Source: a virus
Strand: one strand, 5' to 3'
Virus record (IMG/VR): IMGVR_UViG_3300025282_000024
DNA length: 64,000 nt
Made by a program: the position numbers and the translations under genes. The notes under the pieces were generated by a model, which worked only from the letters and a program-made list of their open reading frames with translations, searched no databases and was not told the origin of the DNA. Below, piece after piece: positions 37,201 to 46,733 of the stretch. Each line of letters opens with the position of its first letter. Within the stretch, counting starts at the first letter, position 1.

Positions 37201-40200
37201 CCGGCAATTGGAGAGATAAGACCTGAATCTACGGGCCCATGCCAAATACTATAAGAGTTCTGAAGTTCACCTTCAGAGCCAGAACTGTATAATTCATTAC
37301 CCATAGTACGGAGTTCGCCTAAATCATCGGCGTCTAGAGACCATATACTGGCTGTTCTCCAAAAAGCAGTGTGAGAAGCAGTAATATATCCTTGCGAGTT
37401 TATTGTCTTAAGGTTTCTGTCTGCGCGCAGATCTTTCCAAAAATTGTTAATGAAGTTGGGTCTTTCCCTAACTAAGGAAAGATAGGTGTAATGTTCTCTT
37501 GGATAAATTCCCTCGCTTATCTGCATATGGCGAAATTCGTCTATTGGATTGGCATCTCCACTAATATATGTGGGAGTGTTCCACAACAAATATTTCTTTA
37601 ACGTATCGTATGCTAATATTGTATTATCTGCAGCCTGTAGAGTTTCCCCAATCTGGCCGGCCCTCGACCATACCAAATTTGAATTATTTAAATCAAGAAG
37701 ATTACTAATTTTTGGATCTGGAATATTTGTAAAATATGCTTTTTCATTACCATAAGAAGCCCACATATTGGTTGGTTGATTGTTGGGTGGTACTGAAAAA
37801 GGTTGATCTGATTTGTAAGTATATTGATATTTGAGTGGATTAAATTTTGAAGTAATTGGTGGCTCAACTTGTGATACAATACCATTATTATAACCAATGT
37901 AATCGCCGTCTACAATGGACGATGTAACTTTTGTAAATGTTTGAATGTTGTTCTTGTAATTATAGCGCATTACAGGATTCTGGGCACCTCTAATCTGTTT
38001 CCACGAGGGCCAGCCGTATGGGCCCTGACGATGTAATACAAGACCATTGAATGCAATTGGAGTGGATAAACCGGCGCCGGCAAATACTTTATCAATACCT
38101 GTGTTAGATGACGCGCTCAAAGTATTCTCATACGGAATAACGGGATCGTAGATTATGGAATTAATACCTGCAAAGTCCATTGGCGCTCCGGTGAGACCTC
38201 CATGCAATGATGGACTCCATTCACTGGCTGAAAGGAATGTAATATCAGTAGAAGCCAAACTAGCGTTGCTGAAATTTGGTTGTTCAAAACCATAGTACGC
38301 AGAGCCGGTATACCCATATATCACACTAGCTGTAATCCAAGTATACTGTAAGCTTGTTTGCAACATTTGATGTTGCACAAACCAGTTATCATATGTGGAA
38401 ACGGGGCCAATATATACTGCACCCTCTAACTTTTTGACGAGGGCACCGTTGTTATCTATTACCATATTGCTGGAAACCAAAGTTCCATCCAGCGATCCAT
38501 ATTGTGCCGGCAACGTTAAGCCTGATGTCCAACCTTCGCCACCCCACCAGGCTATTAAACGAGAAACTCTAGAATGTTTGCTTAAGTCTCCTGGGCCTTG
38601 GCGCTCTAAATCAGGATCAAAATTTGTGGTTCCATAATATATCTCTAGAATTTCAGACGCAGAACACTCGCGATGGAAAACACTAAGTTCGTCCAGAAAG
38701 CCTTGCCATGCTCGGCCGAGGCCAGATCTATCTCCTAAAAAGCAATCAGCACCTGTAATGCCTACATATGTGCCGGCTGGCGTTGTATCTTCTGTAACAG
38801 CTAAAGATAACCCATTCACATATATTGTAGGATCGTTAGCAACAGAAGTGGCATCATAAGTAACAGCAATGTGGGCCCACTCATTGGTATCAATAGTTGC
38901 AACCGTAGACCATTCCCCCACTGTAGTATTAAATCTCGCCCTGAAGTAGACTTTACCTGTGGAATCTACAGATAATCGAACGCAATCGGCAAAATCAAAT
39001 ATATGTGGATCATTGTTGCCGCCGGCGTGGCCTAGATTCATTGGATTTACCCAAGCAGAAAGGGTAAATGTTTGTGTAGACCCGACCGCGGTTCCAATGA
39101 GAGCGTCCCAAATTGCTGGGGCCCCAATATTTACACTATAAGCGCTTGGGGCAGTGGCGCCATTGAAATAGAGAACTTTATTATTGTGGTATTCTATCGC
39201 TCCCAGCTTCTTTTTACTATTTCTATTAACTTTGTGGAAAGAACCAGTCCCATCATAATTTGAAGCTTCTACTGAGCTACTGCCGCCAATATAAGGGACT
39301 CCGGCTAATGCATATGCCGCCACAGTTTGTGCATCACTAAAATATCCAAATTGGTTTGTGTGGTCTGTATACCACTCATTAAGAGGTGTTCTTACATTTA
39401 AATTTCTCCATGGAAGTGCATTATAAACACTATATTCTGCAGCTGCAAGATCAAGCATTCCTTCGCCCATCGTTGCAGGACTTCCGGGTGCGGAAAAGCG
39501 ATTAACTATAATAGATTTAGTACTACCAGTTAAGTCTCTTCTAGGTATAGCAAAATCAATAACACCAGTAACATATGTAGAGGGGGCATATGTTGTTGGC
39601 AAATTGCCATCAGATTCGGCTAAATATCTATTATTAATTGAGCGCCCGTTGGTCATCACCAATTCATAATTGTGTGAATAATTTCCTATATTTGTAGCAT
39701 CCAAAACTTGATCGGGGCGGCCAGGAATAGTAGAGGAAGACCCAGTAAACATTTTAATATTTCTGATATTCACTGGGCGTTTTGTTGACTCTCCCCTAAG
39801 CATGCTCCCCTTTTCAAGAGAAGGATCTACGGTCATACTATTATTAAAACCAGAACCAAAAGCGTAAAGACTACTGGCCGAAAACATAATCCTCCACCCT
39901 TCAATACGATTTGCCGCTGTATCTGGGCTTGTGTTCTGCGGCCTTAAATTGCTATATATGTGTCGATAAACTTTTCCTCCTACAAACTTTTCAGTAAAGG
40001 GGGATTGTATAGGGCGCCCATAAAGCGGGCCATAAGTATCTTCATGAAGGTTGGTTATATCTATGCCAGCTTTAAAATTATTAGCAACAGCATCGTGATA
40101 TCCTCCCGAAAGGGAAGCGCTGTATATATCAAAAGGCGTGTATAAGTCTCCTTTTGAATTTAAATAAGACTTGTCTACTTCTGTTAATTTAAAATTTGTA

Positions 40201-43200
40201 ACACTAGAATTATAATTCTGCTTTCTTTTTCCGTCATTTAGTGCCAAGTCATCATTACAACTTTTAAAAGCTTTAACAGAGGCGCTAGGAATTTGTAAAT
40301 AACTTCCGCTGGTATTATATTTTATAAACGTCAGCAAGTCAGTCTGTTTGTTTACAAATTCATTTACTCCGCCTTTAATGAGCGGAGATTCATCAACTTT
40401 TAATCTGTAGGGTTTAGCCAATCTTCGTGTAACATATGTGGACCCAGCGTAAGTAGTTATTCCTGATGAACCAGAGGATCCTAAAGTGGGGGCGCTTGCA
40501 TTTGTCTCATTTATAATAGAATCGAGTATTGTTTGCTTGTTAGAATTAACAAAAGCATTGCTAGAGCTTAATGGAGGTGTCGATCTGCTAGTACGGTCTT
40601 TCCACCACAAACAATTGTTTGCTTGAGGGTTCTTACAAATGAAAGATGAAATAGTAGGATTATTTTGAGGAGAGCCTGTATATCCATTTCCCGAAGAATC
40701 AGTTCCTTCCAAATCGTTGAGTTTATAATAAGCTACCAAGTTACCAGGAAGCAAAGAAAACACGTTCGAATCACATCCGTTATTGTATAATAAAAGAGCC
40801 TCTGCTGCGCTTAACTCTTTATCAAACAAAGAGAAATTACCAATAGTGCCATCAGTATAATTTATGTCGAAACCACGACCAATTTCAAAAGCATGATTAA
40901 GATTTTCCATTGCTGTATACGTAACACTATTAAAAGCCGTCATCGCGAGGGCTATTCCGTTGATATAAATAGAAATACCATCAGCTGCTGTGGCTCCTCC
41001 TCCTCCGTCGTAAGTTACTGTCACATTGATAAGCTGGTCTTCATAAGCGGTTATGGCTGTAGAGCGAGCATGCGCTGTAGCTCCGGAGCTTTCATCTGTC
41101 AAATAAAGATCAAACCTATCTGAACCATCAGTAAAAAGCCAATATTCTTGATTACTTAGAGCACCATACTTAGAAAACAGGTTTAATGTTGTCATATCCG
41201 ATGTTTTAAGCCAGAAGTTGGCCGAAAAAGGACTATCTGTGGCGCCATCTCCGAAGCTAAATGCTGCAGCATCAGGAACAGAAAAATACTGACTTGACGC
41301 AGCTACAAATGTCATCATTCCAGCCGTATTTAATGGCGCATGGCCAAATTCCCAGTTATAAAGAAGCTCATTAATTCCTAAAATATTCCCTTCAATGGTT
41401 GGTGTTTTGTCTTCTAGCGTGGGATATTTCCATCTATATTTATTTCTTTGCAACACAGTATTTTCAACCATGGTGCGAACATTTGAACCATATTGATCAC
41501 TTATATCTGAAGACATTGGCACCAAATAACCTAAGAGAACATCTAACGTAAGGTCAATCCATTTATAAAAATCAACATATTTATCTAAACTTGGAGTGTT
41601 GCCGACTCTCTCATAAAACATTTGACGAAGCTTCGCCATATCTTTATAATCATCGCGATATTTATTTACTGGTTCGCCAACAAGATTATTAAAGTCTTTA
41701 ATTGTAGAGAACATCTTTATCATTTCATCAGAAATGGTTTGATACATACTCTTTTCAATTGACGTATAATAATTCGTAGGTCTTGCTATTTCGCCCTTAT
41801 TGAAAAATATATCATCGTCTGTTAAAATATTAACCATATCGGCACTATTGATCATTTCAGGCAATTGCTTTTTGGCCGAGCTAACATATTTTTTATTTAT
41901 TGGTAGTGTGGAGTTGGCGGGAAAATTAAATCCTTTGGGCAAATATTGTTTGCCAACAATCTCACCAAACTGTCCGTATTTAGAAACTTTTTGGGCTGAA
42001 CCAGAAGAATAATCAGCCCCAATAAATTCACCACTACCATCGGATCCGGTTACAGTATCAAAAGTCCAATTTAAAACTAACGTATCTATTTCAGGTATTC
42101 TTGTTCCAGTAAGTGCAGTTGGATATAAATAAGAGCTTCTATAAGGATGTTCAGCACCATAATTTTTTACATCTTGATTGTGTTGTTGTATGGTGCCTGT
42201 AGGTAAATATTTATACCAAACGCGAGTAGAAGAAATGTTTCCATCTGCTTTTTGCAGAAGGGTTCCAGAAAAATTAGTTCTATGGGCGCCGATATAAGGA
42301 GCCTTGGGATAATTTAGAAAACTGCTGCCGCCGTCTGCGCTAATGGTGCCTGTATGTAAAAATTCATTTTTAACATAATCCGCTATTTTTTCGACGCCAT
42401 AAAACTCAACTGCATATCCAGCATTGTCCACCGAGCCGGATGAACCATCTGGTAAATTTGCATTAGAATTTGGTTTAACGGAAACAGAAAAAGTCCAACG
42501 CGTGTCATCGAACACTTCATCAAAATAACTGCTGGAAAGTCCTAGAGCGCCAATAACAGAGCCTGCGGTACCAGTTAAAAGGAATTTAGACCTCTGTGAG
42601 TAATCAGACGCCTTAACCGCATAAACTTGGAAGTTGGCGCTATCGGTTGTTGCCCAAGTTAAATCATTCCCTGTGGCATCGTCTTTAACTTGATGCATAC
42701 CAAATAAAGATGCTGTCGTAAACGGCATATAAGTTCTAAATTGGCGACTTGGCCCTTCATCTGTTGTCGCCACCGTATTTGTATCGGCCATGGAATGTCG
42801 AATTGGAAAATGCACTTCCGACTCCATCGTAAAACCTATATAATCAGTCAGGCCATAAGTCCCTGAAATAATTGCCTTTGAGTTTGAATTTGTACTTGAA
42901 GAGTGCGGGAATACAGTTGCTTCTGAGCTTCCAGTCAAACCAAAGTTTACATATTTCTTATACTCAGCAACAGATTTATAATTATCTTTTAAAGTATAGG
43001 TTACTCTATTTCCATATGTGTTGATACGATAAATTTCATCGCCCACACCAAAACAATGAATTAAGTTTCTAAAGGATTTTTCTGTTCCCTTGGTTTTATT
43101 AATATAGACAATATTATCGTAGATGTTGTGATATATTCTGTTTTTTATATTATAGAGCTTTTCCTCGAATAAAGATCGATCATTCCTACTTTTAAAATAT

Positions 43201-44855
43201 TCTAATTCGGTTGCATCAGAAAATAATTCAGGAAAATATTCAAACCCAATTGATTGTAATAGCCTATCATTAAATGGAGCCGGCTTGTGATTGAAACCAA
43301 CATGTGATTTATACTTAAGCTTTGGAATAGAATTAATTTGTTCTGCTAGTGAATCAAAATAAGAGCCCACAATCTGAGTCAAGTTTTTTAGCGGTGAATA
43401 TTCTTTGTCTTCATCTTCTTCTATAATCCACGCCGGCAACGAATGATACATGGAAGAGTTATTAGCAAAATCATGAATCTCGCCTTCTTCTTTTTTGGTG
43501 TCCAAAGTCGATTGAACGTCCGGGTGGAAAGGATATAAAATTGGATCTTTAAACTCTTTAGTCACTAAACTAGAACTGACCATTGCAGAACCAACATTTC
43601 TTGACGCAGAATCATATCCAACGAAAGTACCATTACTTATTCTTCCTGAATAATCCAGCACTACACTATCGTAAGTGGTGTCTCCAACAATACCTTCATT
43701 AAATTTATAATAAACACCTAAAGCTGTATTTGCATCATCAGTGTTGGTGCCGCCGCCTACGGGTTCAATCATATATCTAATAACTTCAGCAGAGCTTCTT
43801 TCATCTTTCCAAAATCTAAATTCGTCTAATGAACCAGATAATTTACCCCATCCCAATGTTGGAGCAAAAGTTCCGGATGGCGCTGTTATGAGAGAGCCAA
43901 TTGTAGCATTTATATTTCCACTAACATAACCAATAGAAGATCCCGTGACAATCGTTTGATTGCACGCGCCATCAAAATAAAAATTAATTTCTACGTTGCT
44001 GCCGCTATTTTTTAATGCGAATGCATAATGATGCCAACTATCATCTGCTATGGATGATGTGGTTATCGAAGACCCAACAATCTCATCTGAGAAGCCGGCC
44101 GTTCCAGACATATATGTAACTCTAAAGGGGGACACGGCGGTTGTGCCGGTCATTTCAATTGTTAGGCGACCGTAATTTGCGCTTGAAGAAATAAAGTCAG
44201 ACGTACTAGCATCAAAAATAACTTCGCGGCCAGTTTTGGAAGTAACAAATTCAGATTTTTTCATCCAGAATTCTACAGTATTTCCGTCTATCCCTCCAAT
44301 TTTTAAATTACATTCTCTATTTTTAGATGGCTCCCAGACATTGGCATAGCCGCTTTTATAATCGCCGGAAGAATCAACAATATCTTTATCTTTTGATCTA
44401 TTTGATGTATTTGGGCCGCCTTTTGCAAAAATATATTCATATGAAGCGGTTGCGGGTGCACCATATCCATCGGAATCTGCAATTTGAGTACCCCATCCAT
44501 CTGCAGACAAAATAACATAACCATTTGTTCGAGGATATACTTCTTCAAAAACATACAAATCGAAAAATGAAGAACTTAATTCCCACTGAATTCTTTCTTT
44601 TAAAGAGCCATCATAGGGATAGGTTTCATAAATTCTATCAAATGCATCAACATAATATTTTTTTGCTGACCCAAATCTTGCAAAGTTTTTAAGATCAGAG
44701 AAGTCAACAGGAGGTCTATGTCTCTCCCTCTCTTTGAAATAATCTTTCAAATAACCAACAGATTCTAACGTACCATCTTCTACTAAAGACTCTGGATTGG
44801 CATTTGTTAAAATTATATCATGACTTTGATAAAGTTTTTTATAATCTATGGGCAT
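34209..44855 (-). CDS. Giant baseplate wedge/adhesin protein with multiple LamG (ConA-like lectin) domains, 3548 aa
   Basis: LamG motifs TVEFWMK..WHHYAF..YFDG..GSLDEFRFW, FSANFWLK..VTVTYDG..IYING and FTLSAWV..WAHIAVTYD..IYVNG..GFLDEL; gp7/gpI-type KTKGTEKSFRNLIHCFG motif. Confidence 0.8.
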   Translation of the reverse strand: MPIDYKKLYQSHDIILTNANPESLVEDGTLESVGYLKDYFKERERHRPPVDFSDLKNFARFGSAKKYYVDAFDRIYETYPYDGSLKERIQWELSSSFFDLYVFEEVYPRTNGYVILSADGWGTQIADSDGYGAPATASYEYIFAKGGPNTSNRSKDKDIVDSSGDYKSGYANVWEPSKNRECNLKIGGIDGNTVEFWMKKSEFVTSKTGREVIFDASTSDFISSSANYGRLTIEMTGTTAVSPFRVTYMSGTAGFSDEIVGSSITTSSIADDSWHHYAFALKNSGSNVEINFYFDGACNQTIVTGSSIGYVSGNINATIGSLITAPSGTFAPTLGWGKLSGSLDEFRFWKDERSSAEVIRYMIEPVGGGTNTDDANTALGVYYKFNEGIVGDTTYDSVVLDYSGRISNGTFVGYDSASRNVGSAMVSSSLVTKEFKDPILYPFHPDVQSTLDTKKEEGEIHDFANNSSMYHSLPAWIIEEDEDKEYSPLKNLTQIVGSYFDSLAEQINSIPKLKYKSHVGFNHKPAPFNDRLLQSIGFEYFPELFSDATELEYFKSRNDRSLFEEKLYNIKNRIYHNIYDNIVYINKTKGTEKSFRNLIHCFGVGDEIYRINTYGNRVTYTLKDNYKSVAEYKKYVNFGLTGSSEATVFPHSSSTNSNSKAIISGTYGLTDYIGFTMESEVHFPIRHSMADTNTVATTDEGPSRQFRTYMPFTTASLFGMHQVKDDATGNDLTWATTDSANFQVYAVKASDYSQRSKFLLTGTAGSVIGALGLSSSYFDEVFDDTRWTFSVSVKPNSNANLPDGSSGSVDNAGYAVEFYGVEKIADYVKNEFLHTGTISADGGSSFLNYPKAPYIGAHRTNFSGTLLQKADGNISSTRVWYKYLPTGTIQQHNQDVKNYGAEHPYRSSYLYPTALTGTRIPEIDTLVLNWTFDTVTGSDGSGEFIGADYSSGSAQKVSKYGQFGEIVGKQYLPKGFNFPANSTLPINKKYVSSAKKQLPEMINSADMVNILTDDDIFFNKGEIARPTNYYTSIEKSMYQTISDEMIKMFSTIKDFNNLVGEPVNKYRDDYKDMAKLRQMFYERVGNTPSLDKYVDFYKWIDLTLDVLLGYLVPMSSDISDQYGSNVRTMVENTVLQRNKYRWKYPTLEDKTPTIEGNILGINELLYNWEFGHAPLNTAGMMTFVAASSQYFSVPDAAAFSFGDGATDSPFSANFWLKTSDMTTLNLFSKYGALSNQEYWLFTDGSDRFDLYLTDESSGATAHARSTAITAYEDQLINVTVTYDGGGGATAADGISIYINGIALAMTAFNSVTYTAMENLNHAFEIGRGFDINYTDGTIGNFSLFDKELSAAEALLLYNNGCDSNVFSLLPGNLVAYYKLNDLEGTDSSGNGYTGSPQNNPTISSFICKNPQANNCLWWKDRTSRSTPPLSSSNAFVNSNKQTILDSIINETNASAPTLGSSGSSGITTYAGSTYVTRRLAKPYRLKVDESPLIKGGVNEFVNKQTDLLTFIKYNTSGSYLQIPSASVKAFKSCNDDLALNDGKRKQNYNSSVTNFKLTEVDKSYLNSKGDLYTPFDIYSASLSGGYHDAVANNFKAGIDITNLHEDTYGPLYGRPIQSPFTEKFVGGKVYRHIYSNLRPQNTSPDTAANRIEGWRIMFSASSLYAFGSGFNNSMTVDPSLEKGSMLRGESTKRPVNIRNIKMFTGSSSTIPGRPDQVLDATNIGNYSHNYELVMTNGRSINNRYLAESDGNLPTTYAPSTYVTGVIDFAIPRRDLTGSTKSIIVNRFSAPGSPATMGEGMLDLAAAEYSVYNALPWRNLNVRTPLNEWYTDHTNQFGYFSDAQTVAAYALAGVPYIGGSSSVEASNYDGTGSFHKVNRNSKKKLGAIEYHNNKVLYFNGATAPSAYSVNIGAPAIWDALIGTAVGSTQTFTLSAWVNPMNLGHAGGNNDPHIFDFADCVRLSVDSTGKVYFRARFNTTVGEWSTVATIDTNEWAHIAVTYDATSVANDPTIYVNGLSLAVTEDTTPAGTYVGITGADCFLGDRSGLGRAWQGFLDELSVFHRECSASEILEIYYGTTNFDPDLERQGPGDLSKHSRVSRLIAWWGGEGWTSGLTLPAQYGSLDGTLVSSNMVIDNNGALVKKLEGAVYIGPVSTYDNWFVQHQMLQTSLQYTWITASVIYGYTGSAYYGFEQPNFSNASLASTDITFLSASEWSPSLHGGLTGAPMDFAGINSIIYDPVIPYENTLSASSNTGIDKVFAGAGLSTPIAFNGLVLHRQGPYGWPSWKQIRGAQNPVMRYNYKNNIQTFTKVTSSIVDGDYIGYNNGIVSQVEPPITSKFNPLKYQYTYKSDQPFSVPPNNQPTNMWASYGNEKAYFTNIPDPKISNLLDLNNSNLVWSRAGQIGETLQAADNTILAYDTLKKYLLWNTPTYISGDANPIDEFRHMQISEGIYPREHYTYLSLVRERPNFINNFWKDLRADRNLKTINSQGYITASHTAFWRTASIWSLDADDLGELRTMGNELYSSGSEGELQNSYSIWHGPVDSGLISPIAGATYNRRIPQVYTDSPFVAFYLGQTEWEAGEQSGYNPSYNTYKEYAEDVRSIGKDYGIVPEYRISEHMEYHVVDMASSGGFLADNPGWLTLTGSVISSSADTTLLGSGSFYTVYSNADFLKYFQPIDSDFSSVAMPTNLTLKCNALMKFLPYDGFYPSERSVQLATLFSQSYAPNADLTGSEANWRTLMTPFFAPGILYNSIKSGLAVDYPLFTGSLTDYITANAIDHYVGIATTPPTKRAPFEALVNPDYWLSDIGKIVDAETHRSSSIDSTGSFGKPANDLYNMAINNFTSEVPRFFLGATDGKNDNDYGPMTTFVSKETLEGSAPLFEDPLGAKAEGNFIYFTADKTYKMRIVCSHSEIRDLATLQDTSTVAGALRYNNSASYEYNPPTIMMYNRAFDRTYQTKYLSLTASDSGYNRGVVPWFSGTHTVGVQVNTTHIPVYGSSFGPPIYAGSHTAYAPGIGWAGKATGSFEPYTPPYYNGYSHIEISYTPEFSGYKTITDVMSAITASYYRDMITSGAAVAISWPPDVLNTVPPAAQAAMQLSASINWNQVVTEGSKTRWVIQPKWECPILDFTNITASIETVNREWSIAKGMWHQYGTIPSADSGVFLEIQPVSGSQDNDTVGNLAEKLGFNLNPSKKLGQIPIEGKTISEAIVAVPFYEDSQGSRNFFHIDRKTIDWAQSKLLNPEIKDIDYLIKNLSSVDGAVKYKPAPSVVNLVKAMKKYVIPPGFNFLMNKNQEPMAMVIFEFDHHFTQDDLVKMWQGVLPSEKRTDSASGIQCAVSEIDFGMNLLAGEVWKPDPTNTGPAPAPPKAEDVLDANKGFDLLNDVPGDKIGPAGIGFPKNIQWMVFKVKQKASWSYHDITATNMMPGPPPPGAGPAPVPGLKPLDYSYNWPYDFFSLIELAKINETVTLTPRTEPISTPTIIDMLKILPLEVLWTIPPVSDSVTETDPDTFIKNALGSLPLISSPQQFIILQAQAQENFASITADDLKLK

Positions 44856-44861
44856 TCTATT

Positions 44862-46733
44862 TTACTCTACTCGAAACTTGTATTCTTCAGATTGTTCAAC
44901 ATATTGAGAATTCAAATAATATACGAATTTTATTGCATATACATTGTCTGACTCCAGAAGAGACATATCTAAATCAAAATAACTCCCGCTCTTATCAAAG
45001 GACAGTCTAGTATAGTTGGCGCTTCCTGTGCCATAAGATATTACTTCCAAATCATCGTTAACACGATAAAGTTTATAATAGACATCCTCAACTAAATCAA
45101 TTGGTGCTTTTTTTGAAGACACTGTATAGATGGTTGGACTCCAATCTTTTTTTCTTGTGTACAATCTAAATCTAGCTTTTGTATTTTGATTAGAATATGA
45201 TGGCTTTAAGTTAGTAATATTACTCACAAATTGCTGATTTGGGTTAAATGATTGTCCGGGCCAAACTTGAGTTAAACTTTTCGGCTCAATTGATCCTGTA
45301 TAATATTGAACGCTGGCGCTGTGCCACACATCATAAACAGTAGTTAAAGATGTCGAGCCAGTAAACGCAAAAGAGGCTGAATATATGCCGGTAGAAACAT
45401 AACCTCCCGTGACATTATAATCTCCAGATGTTACGACGCCCCCACCAACGCTTAAAGCTAACGTCGCGCCCGAAGGGGCAGTATTATCCGAAGAGCCGGA
45501 ATATAAACTAACCAATATAGCGCCAGTTCCAACTGCCGGAATGTTCTTTAATTGACCTCGTACATAATTGTAATAATAAATTGTATTTAAATTATCGGCA
45601 GCAGGAGCTAAAGAACTGCTGTAATAAAAGCTCCCTCTATCATCTTTTATAGAAGAATCCCACCGAGCTTCAATAATTGGTCTATAGAAAAAATATTGAG
45701 ACCCTCGTGCAAAAAACTTTTTAGTATAATAGGAAACAGAGTCAGATTCTTCAGTGGAAGACAATTTAACTCCGACACCATAATTTGATTTAGAGCCCAA
45801 TACATTTCCTGCACTATTAATCCATTGCTCAACTAGCGGAGTAATATCTAACTCCAAATCCTCGAAACCAGTATTGAAGGAAGCAGTAAAAGAGGAAGAG
45901 GCGTCTGAATAATAATCACCGCCCTCTGTTGTCCACAAAGTATAATCACTTCCGCCGCCAAGAGTTCCACTTAATCCACTATTGGCAACGCTGTCACTAC
46001 CCGTAACATCAAAAACGGCGGCGGCGCTAGAAGATATAGAATTTAAATTTCCTGCTGCTCCTGCGGCGGATGAAGTAATATAAACAATAGAACTAACAGC
46101 ATTTGCACTAAAGTCTGCGCTAGCTGACGTATTTATTATTGTAACTATATTGGTGGCGCATGCAGCAGTGCTGCCTCCAATGTGAAAAAAGTCGGGCGCC
46201 GGGGTTGCATCATTTATAGAAGTAAACAAATAATTCGCTGTTGCTCCAGTTAAATGGAGTGTGTTAGCGGCTGTATTCGCTCGTACAGTTATAGATGCGC
46301 TAGCGGCAATATCCGTATCTGTTGTGTAAAGCCAGTTTGATGGCTCTTCATTAGAATAATTTTCCATATCTAAGCCATTGCCCTCTTGCCAAGATTGAGA
46401 AATCGCTGATACAACTAGATTAAAATCCTTTGGCGTTGTTTGGGAATGTCTTGCGTTGAACATTCTTAAATAAAAGGAAACGCTTCCGGAGGCCGGGATA
46501 TTTCCTTGAGTGCGATCATATGAAATATAATTCGCGGCAGTCCCAGTGACCGGAAATTTAATTAAAATTCTAGCATATTCAGTTGATGAAGCTGATTCCT
46601 GTGCATATATGGAAAATGATTCTACTATGTCTGATTGGCCCATATTGCCACTGACGCCGCGTTCGGTTAAATTAGCTTTATAAGCATTAGTAATTGTATT
46701 GTCTGCGTCTGCAGTGTATCTTTTAATAGCCAT
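44862..46733 (-). CDS. Virion structural protein (baseplate region), 623 aa
   Basis: S/T/A/G-rich; contains SQSWQEGNG...W and WTTEGGDY motifs; coupled to the gp6-like gene. Confidence 0.7.
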   Translation of the reverse strand: MAIKRYTADADNTITNAYKANLTERGVSGNMGQSDIVESFSIYAQESASSTEYARILIKFPVTGTAANYISYDRTQGNIPASGSVSFYLRMFNARHSQTTPKDFNLVVSAISQSWQEGNGLDMENYSNEEPSNWLYTTDTDIAASASITVRANTAANTLHLTGATANYLFTSINDATPAPDFFHIGGSTAACATNIVTIINTSASADFSANAVSSIVYITSSAAGAAGNLNSISSSAAAVFDVTGSDSVANSGLSGTLGGGSDYTLWTTEGGDYYSDASSSFTASFNTGFEDLELDITPLVEQWINSAGNVLGSKSNYGVGVKLSSTEESDSVSYYTKKFFARGSQYFFYRPIIEARWDSSIKDDRGSFYYSSSLAPAADNLNTIYYYNYVRGQLKNIPAVGTGAILVSLYSGSSDNTAPSGATLALSVGGGVVTSGDYNVTGGYVSTGIYSASFAFTGSTSLTTVYDVWHSASVQYYTGSIEPKSLTQVWPGQSFNPNQQFVSNITNLKPSYSNQNTKARFRLYTRKKDWSPTIYTVSSKKAPIDLVEDVYYKLYRVNDDLEVISYGTGSANYTRLSFDKSGSYFDLDMSLLESDNVYAIKFVYYLNSQYVEQSEEYKFRVE

